Source: a virus | Lineage: Duplodnaviria; Caudoviricetes | Strand: one strand, 5' to 3' | Length of the DNA: 26,983 bases | Virus record (IMG/VR): IMGVR_UViG_3300008255_000406 | Location: 1 to 26,983 of that record | Shown: positions 9,257 through 17,251 of the stretch, in pieces | How positions within the stretch are numbered: position 1 is the first letter of the stretch | Layout: each line of letters begins with the position of its first letter | Notes under the pieces: generated by a model | Database searches by the model: none | What the model was told of the DNA's origin: nothing | Seen by the model: only the letters and a program-made list of their open reading frames with translations | Made by a program: the position numbers and the translations under genes

Positions 9257-9676
9257 ATGTTCATCCAAGCAACCGAACTCAACAGCAGCCTCTACCCCGA
9301 AATCCAACGGGCTATTGGCCGAAACCAAACCGACCTCGTCGAGCTGCACATCAACGAAGCCCTCGGCATGATTGAGAGCAAGCTCGCCGTCAAGTACGAC
9401 ATCACCGCCGAATTTCAGAAACGGGATGCCCAACGCCACCCCCTGCTGGTCAAGTTCGCCAAAGATATCGCCATCTATTACCTCTACGACCTCCCCGAAA
9501 CCATCCCGCTGAAACGAATCAAAGCGTTTGATGATGCCATGAAATTCCTCGACGATTGCATCGCCGGGCGGGCCGTCTTGCCGGGCGTTGACCCCGCCCC
9601 CGAAGATAACACCGCCGTGCCGATTGCCGGGCAAATCCTCAGCGGCTCGGATGTCAAACGAGATAATAGATTATAA
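9257..9676 (+). CDS. DUF1320 / Mu gp36-like head-tail connector
   Basis: 139 aa; KDIAIYYLY, FDDAMKFL; position between terL and portal. Confidence 0.8.
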   Translation: MFIQATELNSSLYPEIQRAIGRNQTDLVELHINEALGMIESKLAVKYDITAEFQKRDAQRHPLLVKFAKDIAIYYLYDLPETIPLKRIKAFDDAMKFLDDCIAGRAVLPGVDPAPEDNTAVPIAGQILSGSDVKRDNRL

Positions 9677-9780
9677 TACCGTTTAAATAATTTTTTAAAC
9701 GGGGTTTTAGCCACTTTCTCCCAAAAGTGGCACAATACTACAAACCAATCATTAAAACGGCTTAAAACGCCCCTTTTCAA

Positions 9781-11049
9781 ATGGCTAAAAAAAAGCAAGT
9801 TTCGCAGGTTAAACCACGGACAACCTTTCCAATCACGATTGTCCAAAAAGACAACCAACGCAAAACCCTCCAAAATTGGCGAACGGCGAAGGAAGTAGCC
9901 GAAAGCCTCTACAACCCAACCCGAAAACCGTTGGTTGATCTCTACGAAGACATCATCCTCGATACGCACCTTGACTCTACGCTCGACAAACGCCTAACGG
10001 CAATAACCAACGTGTCGTGGTCATTCCAACACGACGGCCTTGAAGTAGAGGAAGTCAAAGAACAAATCCTCAACAAACACTTCTTCGAGGAGTTGATTAC
10101 CTACATAATAGAGGCGAAATTTCACGGCCACTCGCTGATTGAAACCGACCTCCGAAAAGGGGTTATTCAGCTCATCCCACGGGAACACGTCATCCCCGAA
10201 CACCAAATCGTGGTTACCGACCCCTACATTACCAACGAGGGCGTTGATTACACCAAGCCGCCTTTCAACCGAACCACTTTCGAGGTCGGCAACGCCAAAA
10301 ACCTCGGCAAACTCTACAAAGTCGCTCCCTACGTGCTGTTAAAACGAGGCGACATCTCCGACTGGGCAACCTACTGCGAAGTATTCGGAATGCCCCTGCG
10401 GGTGGGTAAGTATGACCCCCAAATGCCCGGCAACGAAATCGCCGTAAAAAAATCGCTCGCAGAAATGGGGGCAAACGCTTGGGCAGCCATCCCGATGGGC
10501 AGCGAGTTTGAATACATTGCTGAGAGCGGAAAAACCGGAAACGATGTCTATGAACGCTTCGCAAATTTTGCTAACTCCGAAATCAGCAAGTGCATCGTCG
10601 GCCAAACCATGACCGCCGAAAACGGCAGCTCCCTGAGCCAATCAAAAGTCCACATGGAAGTGCAACAAGACATCCACCAAGCCGACCGCCGCTTCGTCGA
10701 GAAAATCCTCAACGAAAAGTTCGTGCCAATCCTCCGAGCTCAAGGCTTCAGTTTCCCCGAAGGTGCAAAATTTCAAGCCGTGGACGAGGAAGAAAGCCTC
10801 ACCAAAAAAGAGCGATTGGAGATGGACTTGAGAATCCACCAAGAAGTGGCAAACCTCCCGCTTGATTATTTCTCCGAAGAATACAACGTACCCATCGACA
10901 AAAACGCCCAACCCGTTCAGCAACAAAAGCAGAAAGAAAGCAAAGGCAAAGAAACCGAACTTGCTGATTCCTTCAGTACGACAGTTTCCCTCAAACCCCG
11001 CACCTTCTACCAAGCCTTCCTTGATTTTTTTCGCCAAGCCCCGAAGTGA
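9781..11049 (+). CDS. Portal protein (DUF935 / Mu gp29-like)
   Basis: WATYCEVFGMPLRVGKY, NSEISKCIVGQTMT, SQSKVH motifs. Confidence 0.92.
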   Translation: MAKKKQVSQVKPRTTFPITIVQKDNQRKTLQNWRTAKEVAESLYNPTRKPLVDLYEDIILDTHLDSTLDKRLTAITNVSWSFQHDGLEVEEVKEQILNKHFFEELITYIIEAKFHGHSLIETDLRKGVIQLIPREHVIPEHQIVVTDPYITNEGVDYTKPPFNRTTFEVGNAKNLGKLYKVAPYVLLKRGDISDWATYCEVFGMPLRVGKYDPQMPGNEIAVKKSLAEMGANAWAAIPMGSEFEYIAESGKTGNDVYERFANFANSEISKCIVGQTMTAENGSSLSQSKVHMEVQQDIHQADRRFVEKILNEKFVPILRAQGFSFPEGAKFQAVDEEESLTKKERLEMDLRIHQEVANLPLDYFSEEYNVPIDKNAQPVQQQKQKESKGKETELADSFSTTVSLKPRTFYQAFLDFFRQAPK

Positions 11050-12368
11050 TTGACCCCTTCGGGGCGGAACAGTCCCAACAATATAATGTACAGCTTGCAG
11101 ACGGCGGCGAAATAGTATTCACTAAACAGCTTTTAAAAGCCTTAAAAGAAGTCTATGAAAGAACCCAAAACCCAACGAACCAAGTCCTGCAAAAAGACCT
11201 GTTCGAGGTATCCTACAACGCCCTCAGCGTTGCGGTTACGCAGGGATTCGGAAACCCAAATTTCCAACGTGCCGACCTCAACTTCGTGTGGCAGTTGCAC
11301 AAATCTGCCCGGTTCTTCGTTGCCCGAAAAACCGCCCTCCAAGTAACGCAGCTCATCGGCCTCATCGCCGACGTTGACCGCGGCACTCGCCGACCGTTCC
11401 GAGAGTTCAAAAAACTGGCGAAAGGAATTGTGGGCAACTATAACCAAACGTGGCTCAAAACCGAGTACGATACCGCCGTGGCCGCCGCCCGTTCCGCCCG
11501 TGATTGGCTGACTTACGAAGCCGAAGCCGACCGCTACCCAAATATTGAGTACCTGCGGACGGTCTCCGCAGAACCCGACAAAGACCACCTCAAGTACGTC
11601 GGCATTATCAGGCCGCTTAACGACCCGTTTTGGGATACGCACCTACCACCGAGCCGCTGGAATTGCAAGTGCAGCGTCAAGAACACCGCCGCCCCAGTAA
11701 CGGAGATCCCCGCCGATATTGATGCCATTGACCCCGTCGTGCCAGCGTTCCAAAATAACCCCGGCAAAACCGCCAGCTTGTTCAATTTGCCCTATACCTC
11801 GTATGCACTTAACACCACGCAAATTCCCGATGCGGCAATTGCCAAAGAACTCAAAACCCGCATCTTGCCAGAGCTTGATATGTACATTCCGGCGTACTTA
11901 TTCCCGAACGGCGGCGAACTGATGATACATCCCGGGATAGCGGAAGAGGAATGGACTGAAAACACCTATTATGGCTCACTACTTGCCAGAAAAGGATATA
12001 AAGTTAAGCTAAGGAGGTACTCGTTTGCTGCGGGAAAAAATGTTGATGCGAGGGTGAATGGCATATTAACCGAGTTCAAAAACCCACGCTCAAATAATCC
12101 CGACCGAGTAATTAAGAATTCGGTATTTGAAGCTAATGAGCAGGGAGCTGAACACGTAATGATTGATATTTCAAAAAAGACAATTACAAAACCTGAGTTA
12201 TGGAAAGCAATTCGAGGGGCGATGATTAGGAATAACAAACCATATCACACGAATATTCAAAAAATTATACTGGTGTATGACAAAAATACCCTTGTTGAAC
12301 TGACCCGTGAAGAAATTGAAAATTACAAGGCTCTTGATAAGCTACAAAGCACGAAAAACAACCGATAG
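11046..12368 (+). CDS. MuF minor head protein with C-terminal PD-(D/E)xK-like (CdiA-CT-like) nuclease domain
   Basis: WLKTEYDTA and H...DPFW...PPSRWNCKC MuF motifs; C-terminal NVDARVNGILTEFK...EANEQGAEHVMID. Confidence 0.85.
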   Translation: MIDPFGAEQSQQYNVQLADGGEIVFTKQLLKALKEVYERTQNPTNQVLQKDLFEVSYNALSVAVTQGFGNPNFQRADLNFVWQLHKSARFFVARKTALQVTQLIGLIADVDRGTRRPFREFKKLAKGIVGNYNQTWLKTEYDTAVAAARSARDWLTYEAEADRYPNIEYLRTVSAEPDKDHLKYVGIIRPLNDPFWDTHLPPSRWNCKCSVKNTAAPVTEIPADIDAIDPVVPAFQNNPGKTASLFNLPYTSYALNTTQIPDAAIAKELKTRILPELDMYIPAYLFPNGGELMIHPGIAEEEWTENTYYGSLLARKGYKVKLRRYSFAAGKNVDARVNGILTEFKNPRSNNPDRVIKNSVFEANEQGAEHVMIDISKKTITKPELWKAIRGAMIRNNKPYHTNIQKIILVYDKNTLVELTREEIENYKALDKLQSTKNNR

Positions 12369-12422
12369 GCTGTTTTTCGTGTAGGAAGCGGTGAGGCAGT
12401 GCCCTTCCGCATCACAAATATA
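12345..12422 (-). ncRNA. Putative small RNA (promoter plus terminator) convergent with the muF 3' end
   Basis: TATATTTG box at 12422-12415; hairpin CACGAAAAACA...TGTTTTTCGTG at 12350-12381 spanning the muF stop codon. Confidence 0.5.
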
Positions 12423-12433
12423 ACACATAATTT

Positions 12434-12610
12434 ATGATTCCTGAAACACCTACCGAAATAGTTGAATTCATGCTCAACTACGTCAGCGAAACCGAAGCCA
12501 AACAAATCATTGAAAAGCGAATCACGGAACTGAAACAACAACCCCAACACGCTGAAGAACTGGAGTTCTTCCAAAACGTACAAAAACAACTTAACAACAA
12601 TGAAACTTAA
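12434..12610 (+). CDS. 58 aa acidic helical hypothetical protein
   Basis: Manual translation MIPETPTEIVEFMLNYVSETEAKQIIEKRITELKQQPQHAEELEFFQNVQKQLNNNET; below ORF-track cutoff. Confidence 0.6.
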   Translation: MIPETPTEIVEFMLNYVSETEAKQIIEKRITELKQQPQHAEELEFFQNVQKQLNNNET

Positions 12611-12892
12611 CGTAACTGAAATCAAAAACGACTTTATGAAAAATAGAATAGAATTTGAAGAAATGGGCTTGCTGAATATTAGAAAAACAGGCTTTTCATT
12701 CATCGCTGTAAGGGTAAAGAGAAACATGAAGCATGTAAAACCTGAATTTAAAGGCATGAAAGAACTCATTATGAGGTCATTTCTTGGCTTTTACAATACC
12801 GAAGAAAGGGTAAGGATTCACGTTGCTTTTTGTATGTGGGAAATAAAAAAACAACAACGAAACTCAACGTAACTGAAATCAAAAACGACTTT
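12593..12892. repeat. 43-bp direct repeat pair (12593-12635, 12850-12892)
   Basis: AACAACAAYGAAACTYAACGTAACTGAAATCAAAAACGACTTT, 2 mismatches. Confidence 0.9.
12600..12872 (+). CDS. Hypothetical AT-rich ORF bracketed by a direct repeat
   Basis: 90 aa ORF starting inside repeat copy 1 and ending inside copy 2. Confidence 0.45.
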   Translation: MKLNVTEIKNDFMKNRIEFEEMGLLNIRKTGFSFIAVRVKRNMKHVKPEFKGMKELIMRSFLGFYNTEERVRIHVAFCMWEIKKQQRNST

Positions 12893-12910
12893 TATAGGGT
12901 CGAATCAAAG

Positions 12911-13002
12911 CATCCCTCACCCCTCATCCCTCATCCCTCATCCCTCATCCCTCATTCCTCACCCCTCATCCCTCATCCCTCATCCCTCACCCCCTCACCC
13001 CT
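12911..13002. repeat. Heptamer tandem repeat (CAYCCCT), about 13 units
   Basis: Directly visible; ends 5 nt before ATG 13008. Confidence 0.95.
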
Positions 13003-13007
13003 AAAAC

Positions 13008-13541
13008 ATGGACTTATCCCAATTCCTCGCCCTCAAAACCGCCGAACTCACCCGCTACATTCAGCAGGATGCCCCCCGCATTATTGCCAAAGAAGGGCGG
13101 GACCACTTCCGGGAATCTTTCCAAGACGAAGGCTTCACCGATGCAACAATTGAGCCGTGGGCCGAAGTAAAACGCCGACAAGAAGACCGCTTGCGGCGAA
13201 ACAAAAACGGCACCATTTCAAAACGCCAGGGCAGGAATCAGAAACGCAAAATCTTGACCGACACCGGAGACCTCCGAAAGTCAATCACCACCGACATTCG
13301 GGGCATGACCGTCGAAGTAGGCACAGACCTGGACTACGCCGAGCCGCACAATGAAGGGTTTAAAGGTACGGTAACCATCCGGGCACACGAAAGGACAAGA
13401 AACGGTAATAGTCATTCGGTGCAATCTTACAGTCGGGACGTTGATTTAAAACAACGCCAGTTCATCGGTGAAAGCCGTGCCTTGGATGAAAAAATAGAAC
13501 GCCAATTTGAACAAGACATCACCAAAATATTAAGCCAATAA
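13008..13541 (+). CDS. Phage virion morphogenesis protein (Mu gpG / tail-completion type)
   Basis: ILTDTGDLRKSI, YAEPHNEG, RQFIGES motifs. Confidence 0.88.
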   Translation: MDLSQFLALKTAELTRYIQQDAPRIIAKEGRDHFRESFQDEGFTDATIEPWAEVKRRQEDRLRRNKNGTISKRQGRNQKRKILTDTGDLRKSITTDIRGMTVEVGTDLDYAEPHNEGFKGTVTIRAHERTRNGNSHSVQSYSRDVDLKQRQFIGESRALDEKIERQFEQDITKILSQ

Positions 13542-14050
13542 TGCTCTACCACCTCATCCAAGACCTCAACCGCCTGCTCCGTGCCGAGCTACCCGAAATC
13601 CGCATGATCGACTTCGACCGCGGCCAGCTTCAAAAACCCGAACGCTACGAGTCCATCCTGCAACCCGCCGTCTTGCTCGGCATCCCGAACATCAACTGGC
13701 GGGAACTGGCCAAACGAAACCAAGAAGGCGACATGACCTTCGTCACCAAGACTATCGTCCGGCTCCCGCACGATACATTTTTGTACAATGACCTGCCGAT
13801 CGAACAGAACGCCGCCCTCGATGCCAACATCGCCGAGAACGTCAACGAGCTGATGCTCGAAGATGCCGTCCACCAGCAAATCACCACCCTCGAAGGCGTG
13901 TGCCGCACCCGCAGTGCCTTCTACTTCGTTAATACCTTCTTCGTCGCCGAACACACCTATGGCGGCTACGTCTATTACGAAGCCCAAGAACGCTACACCC
14001 GCCGCCCCATAAACGTCAACATCAACGCCCAAATCAAACCAAAACTATGA
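13541..14050 (+). CDS. Putative tail terminator / Mu gp37-like neck protein
   Basis: EIRMIDFDRGQL...PAVLL; synteny. Confidence 0.6.
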   Translation: MLYHLIQDLNRLLRAELPEIRMIDFDRGQLQKPERYESILQPAVLLGIPNINWRELAKRNQEGDMTFVTKTIVRLPHDTFLYNDLPIEQNAALDANIAENVNELMLEDAVHQQITTLEGVCRTRSAFYFVNTFFVAEHTYGGYVYYEAQERYTRRPINVNINAQIKPKL

Positions 14051-14421
14051 AAACACCAACCCCCGAAAACACAATCGTAGAGAAGCTGTACGCTTTCATC
14101 CAGCCGCACCTGCCGCTGATAGTCGTGTGCCTGTTGGCTTACCAGTACTTCGTCAGTATGCCCAAAACGGCTACTGAAATCTCAACGGCTCAAAAAGAAA
14201 CAAACGAAGCCCTCCTGAAAGTCAAACTCGCCGAATCTCGGCTCAATGAGCAGGCTCAGATCATCAACGCCCTCCAAAATCAGGTCTCCATCCTGCAATT
14301 TGTAACCGAAAATTCACTGATAAGAATAACCGAGATTGACCGGGCATTCCACGCCCAAGCCGACACCACCCACGCCAACATCCTGAAACGCTCCGAAGCC
14401 ATCAAAAAGCAACTCCGATGA
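14047..14421 (+). CDS. Membrane-anchored coiled-coil protein
   Basis: LPLIVVCLLAYQYFV hydrophobic segment then heptads; ATGA overlaps at both ends. Confidence 0.7.
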   Translation: MKTPTPENTIVEKLYAFIQPHLPLIVVCLLAYQYFVSMPKTATEISTAQKETNEALLKVKLAESRLNEQAQIINALQNQVSILQFVTENSLIRITEIDRAFHAQADTTHANILKRSEAIKKQLR

Positions 14422-14858
14422 AAACACTACTCATCTTACTCTTACTCAACACCGCACCCGCCGACAGCCTCACGCCGCTATTGCCCAAAACCGTGCAACA
14501 TATTGAAACCGCAACGCCCGTACCAACCAACCTAAACGCCGAGATTATTGCCTTGCTGGATGATTACGAACGGCTCTACCAAAGCTGCATTACCGCCAAA
14601 AACAGCATCAAAAACGAAGCTACCGGGGCACTGAGCCAGACAATCGCCGAGCTTGACCGCATCCGGCAGTTACTCAACAACGCCGACCAAAACGCCCTGC
14701 TGCTCCGCTCTGACCTCGCCATCCTGAACGACCAACTACTGGGCATCCGCTCCGAGCTGAAGAAAGCCAAACGCCGGGCGTGGCTCGAACGCTCCGCCAG
14801 TTCTGCCATCATCATTACCCTAACCGCTATTTTAATCAAGCAAAATATCCAACAATGA
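14418..14858 (+). CDS. Exported coiled-coil protein with C-terminal hydrophobic segment
   Basis: MKTLLILLLLN signal-like start; SAIIITLTAILI near the end. Confidence 0.7.
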   Translation: MKTLLILLLLNTAPADSLTPLLPKTVQHIETATPVPTNLNAEIIALLDDYERLYQSCITAKNSIKNEATGALSQTIAELDRIRQLLNNADQNALLLRSDLAILNDQLLGIRSELKKAKRRAWLERSASSAIIITLTAILIKQNIQQ

Positions 14859-15064
14859 AAGCCTACGTCCAACTCCAAAACCTGCACGAAAATCAAAAAC
14901 TGACCGATAAAGTCTTCAATTGTGCCAACCTGCCCGTCGAAATAATCGACGATAACGGCATCGCCGAGTTTGAACACCGCGGCGACGTTTGGTACTTCCT
15001 ACCCGACGAATACATCATCCTCGGCAAAGAACACGACACCCAGAAGCCACTCAGTCGCTTCTAA
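14855..15064 (+). CDS. 69 aa hypothetical protein
   Basis: ATGA-coupled start MKAYVQLQNL. Confidence 0.6.
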   Translation: MKAYVQLQNLHENQKLTDKVFNCANLPVEIIDDNGIAEFEHRGDVWYFLPDEYIILGKEHDTQKPLSRF

Positions 15065-15110
15065 AAAACCGTTTTTATTCACTTTTTAAACACTTAATTT
15101 TATTTCAAAC

Positions 15111-15287
15111 ATGGAAAAATTCACAGCTCTCCAAACCCAATTAGCGGCCATCGAAGCCGATGCAAAGAAGTTCTACCTCGATGGCAACAAAGCCGCCGGC
15201 ACCAGGGTCCGCAACGGCCTCAACCAACTCCGCAAAGATGCCCAAGAGGTTAGGTTCGACATCCAACGCATCAAAAACGAAGCCTAA
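15111..15287 (+). CDS. Histone H1-like protein (Hc1 family, short Bacteroidota form)
   Basis: Manual translation MEKFTALQTQLAAIEADAKKFYLDGNKAAGTRVRNGLNQLRKDAQEVRFDIQRIKNEA; GNKAAGTRVR signature; below ORF-track cutoff. Confidence 0.88.
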   Translation: MEKFTALQTQLAAIEADAKKFYLDGNKAAGTRVRNGLNQLRKDAQEVRFDIQRIKNEA

Positions 15288-15317
15288 GCCCGTCACCCAG
15301 AGCAAAGGGCAACACAC

Positions 15318-15353
15318 AAAAAAGCCGACTACCATTACAGTAGCCGGCTTTTT
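15318..15353. terminator. Bidirectional intrinsic terminator
   Basis: A6-GCCGACTAC-loop-GTAGCCGGC-T5 between convergent units. Confidence 0.85.
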
Positions 15354-15397
15354 GCGTCATCATCACAATGACGTTAGGCTCTCAAAGATAACACTTT

Positions 15398-16222
15398 TTA
15401 ACCTTCCAACAACTTTTGGGCTAACCTTATCCGTAAATCATCATCTTTTATTTGCATGATTTCCTGCATGATGTCAAGTTTACGGTCTTTTGTCAACCGA
15501 TCGTGCTTTTCTTTCTTTGGCACTGGCACAGAGACCGTCTCACCGTGGCTTGCCTTCGGAAACAGGTTCTTCAAATAATCCATGAACGCCTTTGACCGAT
15601 TGCCCCGCACGTGCTTACCCATCTTTACCGCCCCAGATTTGGTATAGACTGTACTTTTAACCTCGGTCGAGTCAGGATAAAAATCAGATACATCCAGATT
15701 GTTAAAATAATCAAGGCCCTCAAAAAGCTCTTTATCTTTGTTATGAAACTTATGGCAACGCACCGTATTATGCGATACCCCATAACCCAACGCAACATCC
15801 CGCCCGATAATCAAAAAACCGTGGTCTTTATCCGCAATGATGTTTATCATCAATGGCTCTTCTTTAGGCTCTGTATCATTTATCTCATATTTGCCTGTTT
15901 TTCGCAATGAAGGAAGAACTTCCGATGTGACCCATTTACGGAAAGTCTTAGCCTCCTCCTTATTACTTCTGAAAACTAGACTATACAAGCCGCTTTCATT
16001 AATTAAATTTACATTCCTGTTTTGACCTGCCCTAAGAATCTCTGAGGTCAGCTTTTCATCATAATCTAAAGCTTTCAAACTCTCTGAGGGATTCGTAAGT
16101 CCAAGAACGTCACATATATCTTTAGCCACGAACCACGGCTCATTTTCTATCAGTACAATTTGAATGTCAGAATTGTTAAATTCAAAAATCTGCACTTCGT
16201 TGTTTTTACTTGAATTTTCCAT
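15398..16222 (-). CDS. BRO-N domain antirepressor-like protein with a second DNA-binding domain
   Basis: EPWFVAKDICDVLGL, INESGLYSLVFRS, FRKWVTSEVLPSLRKTGKY. Confidence 0.92.
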   Translation of the reverse strand: MENSSKNNEVQIFEFNNSDIQIVLIENEPWFVAKDICDVLGLTNPSESLKALDYDEKLTSEILRAGQNRNVNLINESGLYSLVFRSNKEEAKTFRKWVTSEVLPSLRKTGKYEINDTEPKEEPLMINIIADKDHGFLIIGRDVALGYGVSHNTVRCHKFHNKDKELFEGLDYFNNLDVSDFYPDSTEVKSTVYTKSGAVKMGKHVRGNRSKAFMDYLKNLFPKASHGETVSVPVPKKEKHDRLTKDRKLDIMQEIMQIKDDDLRIRLAQKLLEG

Positions 16223-16252
16223 GTTGTTAAAATTAAAAGGGTGAAAAAATGA

Positions 16253-16567
16253 TTATTGACGTGCCAAAGCGGCTACGTGGGCTTGCCAAAGCGGGCTATT
16301 CTCCCGGGCTTTTTCCAGCTCGAGGTGCCGTAGGTCTTGGAATGGCTCTACGGCATCCAAAAGCTGCCAAAATACCTCGAAATGGTACGTGATTTCCTCG
16401 CGGTACGCTTTGTCGAGGTCATCGCCGTGGCGTACCCAACTGGTGTACAGAGACAACAGCGATTTGCGGTAATTTGCGATGTGGTCGCAGTCAATAAAAT
16501 TTTTGAGGGTTTCCCGTTCTAAGTCACCAACGGGAAGGGTGTTGTTTTGCACTTCATTTTGTCGCAT
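16253..16567 (-). CDS. Hypothetical protein, first gene of the antirepressor unit
   Basis: Start MRQNEVQ at ATG 16567 after an AT-rich leader. Confidence 0.7.
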   Translation of the reverse strand: MRQNEVQNNTLPVGDLERETLKNFIDCDHIANYRKSLLSLYTSWVRHGDDLDKAYREEITYHFEVFWQLLDAVEPFQDLRHLELEKARENSPLWQAHVAALARQ

Positions 16568-16589
16568 TGTAATGAAATTGAAAGTGTTA

Positions 16590-16670
16590 AAAATGGGGGG
16601 GTCACTGCGACAAAATCTAATGCAATGCAGTAGAAGTGCTGACGGACTTTCACCGTTATGCCCCCCGTTT
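16590..16670 (-). ncRNA. C4/CI-like antisense RNA
   Basis: G6/C7 closing helix, ACGG-TGAAAGT-CCGT hairpin, ACTGC/GCAGT stem-loop; complementary targets upstream and at the downstream start codon. Confidence 0.7.
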
Positions 16671-16739
16671 CTTGAATTAACAGCCACGATTTGTAAATAC
16701 GCATTGCTTGTAGATTAAAATTTAGATTTTGTCGCATTA

Positions 16740-16769
16740 CAAACATAGCTGAAAAAATATATCCTCAAA
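16740..16769 (-). promoter_or_regulatory. Bacteroidota primary-sigma promoter
   Basis: TTTG (16769-16766), 18 nt, TATGTTTG (16747-16740). Confidence 0.75.
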
Positions 16770-16790
16770 AATTTTAGTGTTAAATCTTTT

Positions 16791-17024
16791 TTACGAACCG
16801 AAGTACTCGACGAAATTCGGGTTGAAAATTCGATAAGTAGTTCCGTTTTCTAACTCGACTACATAGTTCCACAATTGCATCCCGTTGCGTGGCTCATTTT
16901 CTTCAATTGATTTTACGCCATTTTCGCCAACCGTGAAACGACTAAAATCTTCACCTGCACCATCACGGTCAAAGGTTGAACCTACTTGCCTCCAATTGAA
17001 TAGTACTGATTTTACTTTTTTCAT
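16791..17024 (-). CDS. Hypothetical protein
   Basis: ATGA-coupled start MKKVKSV; 77 aa. Confidence 0.65.
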   Translation of the reverse strand: MKKVKSVLFNWRQVGSTFDRDGAGEDFSRFTVGENGVKSIEENEPRNGMQLWNYVVELENGTTYRIFNPNFVEYFGS

Positions 17025-17251
17025 TGTTGCGTCTTGTTTTGAGTCCAAAAATCTTCCGTTGGTTTGCCACAATGGTTACAGCACATCACGGAGGTCTCAC
17101 CAGAGCGGCTCTGGCAATCACAAGCAATATCCCTGTACGCTTCAAACGCCATTTCGTTGAGCACCTCGGCCATGCGGCCAGTGGTGATTTCGCCGTTAGA
17201 TATTTGCCTCTCCAACTGCCGTATATGGGCTATTTTGAATACTTTCTTCAT
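17021..17251 (-). CDS. Hypothetical protein with CxC...CCxxC putative Zn site
   Basis: ACDC...MCCNHCGKP. Confidence 0.65.
   Translation of the reverse strand: MKKVFKIAHIRQLERQISNGEITTGRMAEVLNEMAFEAYRDIACDCQSRSGETSVMCCNHCGKPTEDFWTQNKTQQ

Noticed and set aside
12593-13002. CRISPR array or DGR template/variable repeat
   Set aside because: Only two copies 257 bp apart, mismatches are C/T and too few; no cas or reverse transcriptase gene in the window
12830-13153. 107-aa Pro/His/Ser-rich ORF
   Set aside because: Translation of the heptamer repeat, overlapping the real gene at 13008
16630-16670. Cobalamin riboswitch (CGGTGAAAGTCCG resemblance)
   Set aside because: Other conserved elements absent; better explained as the C4-like hairpin
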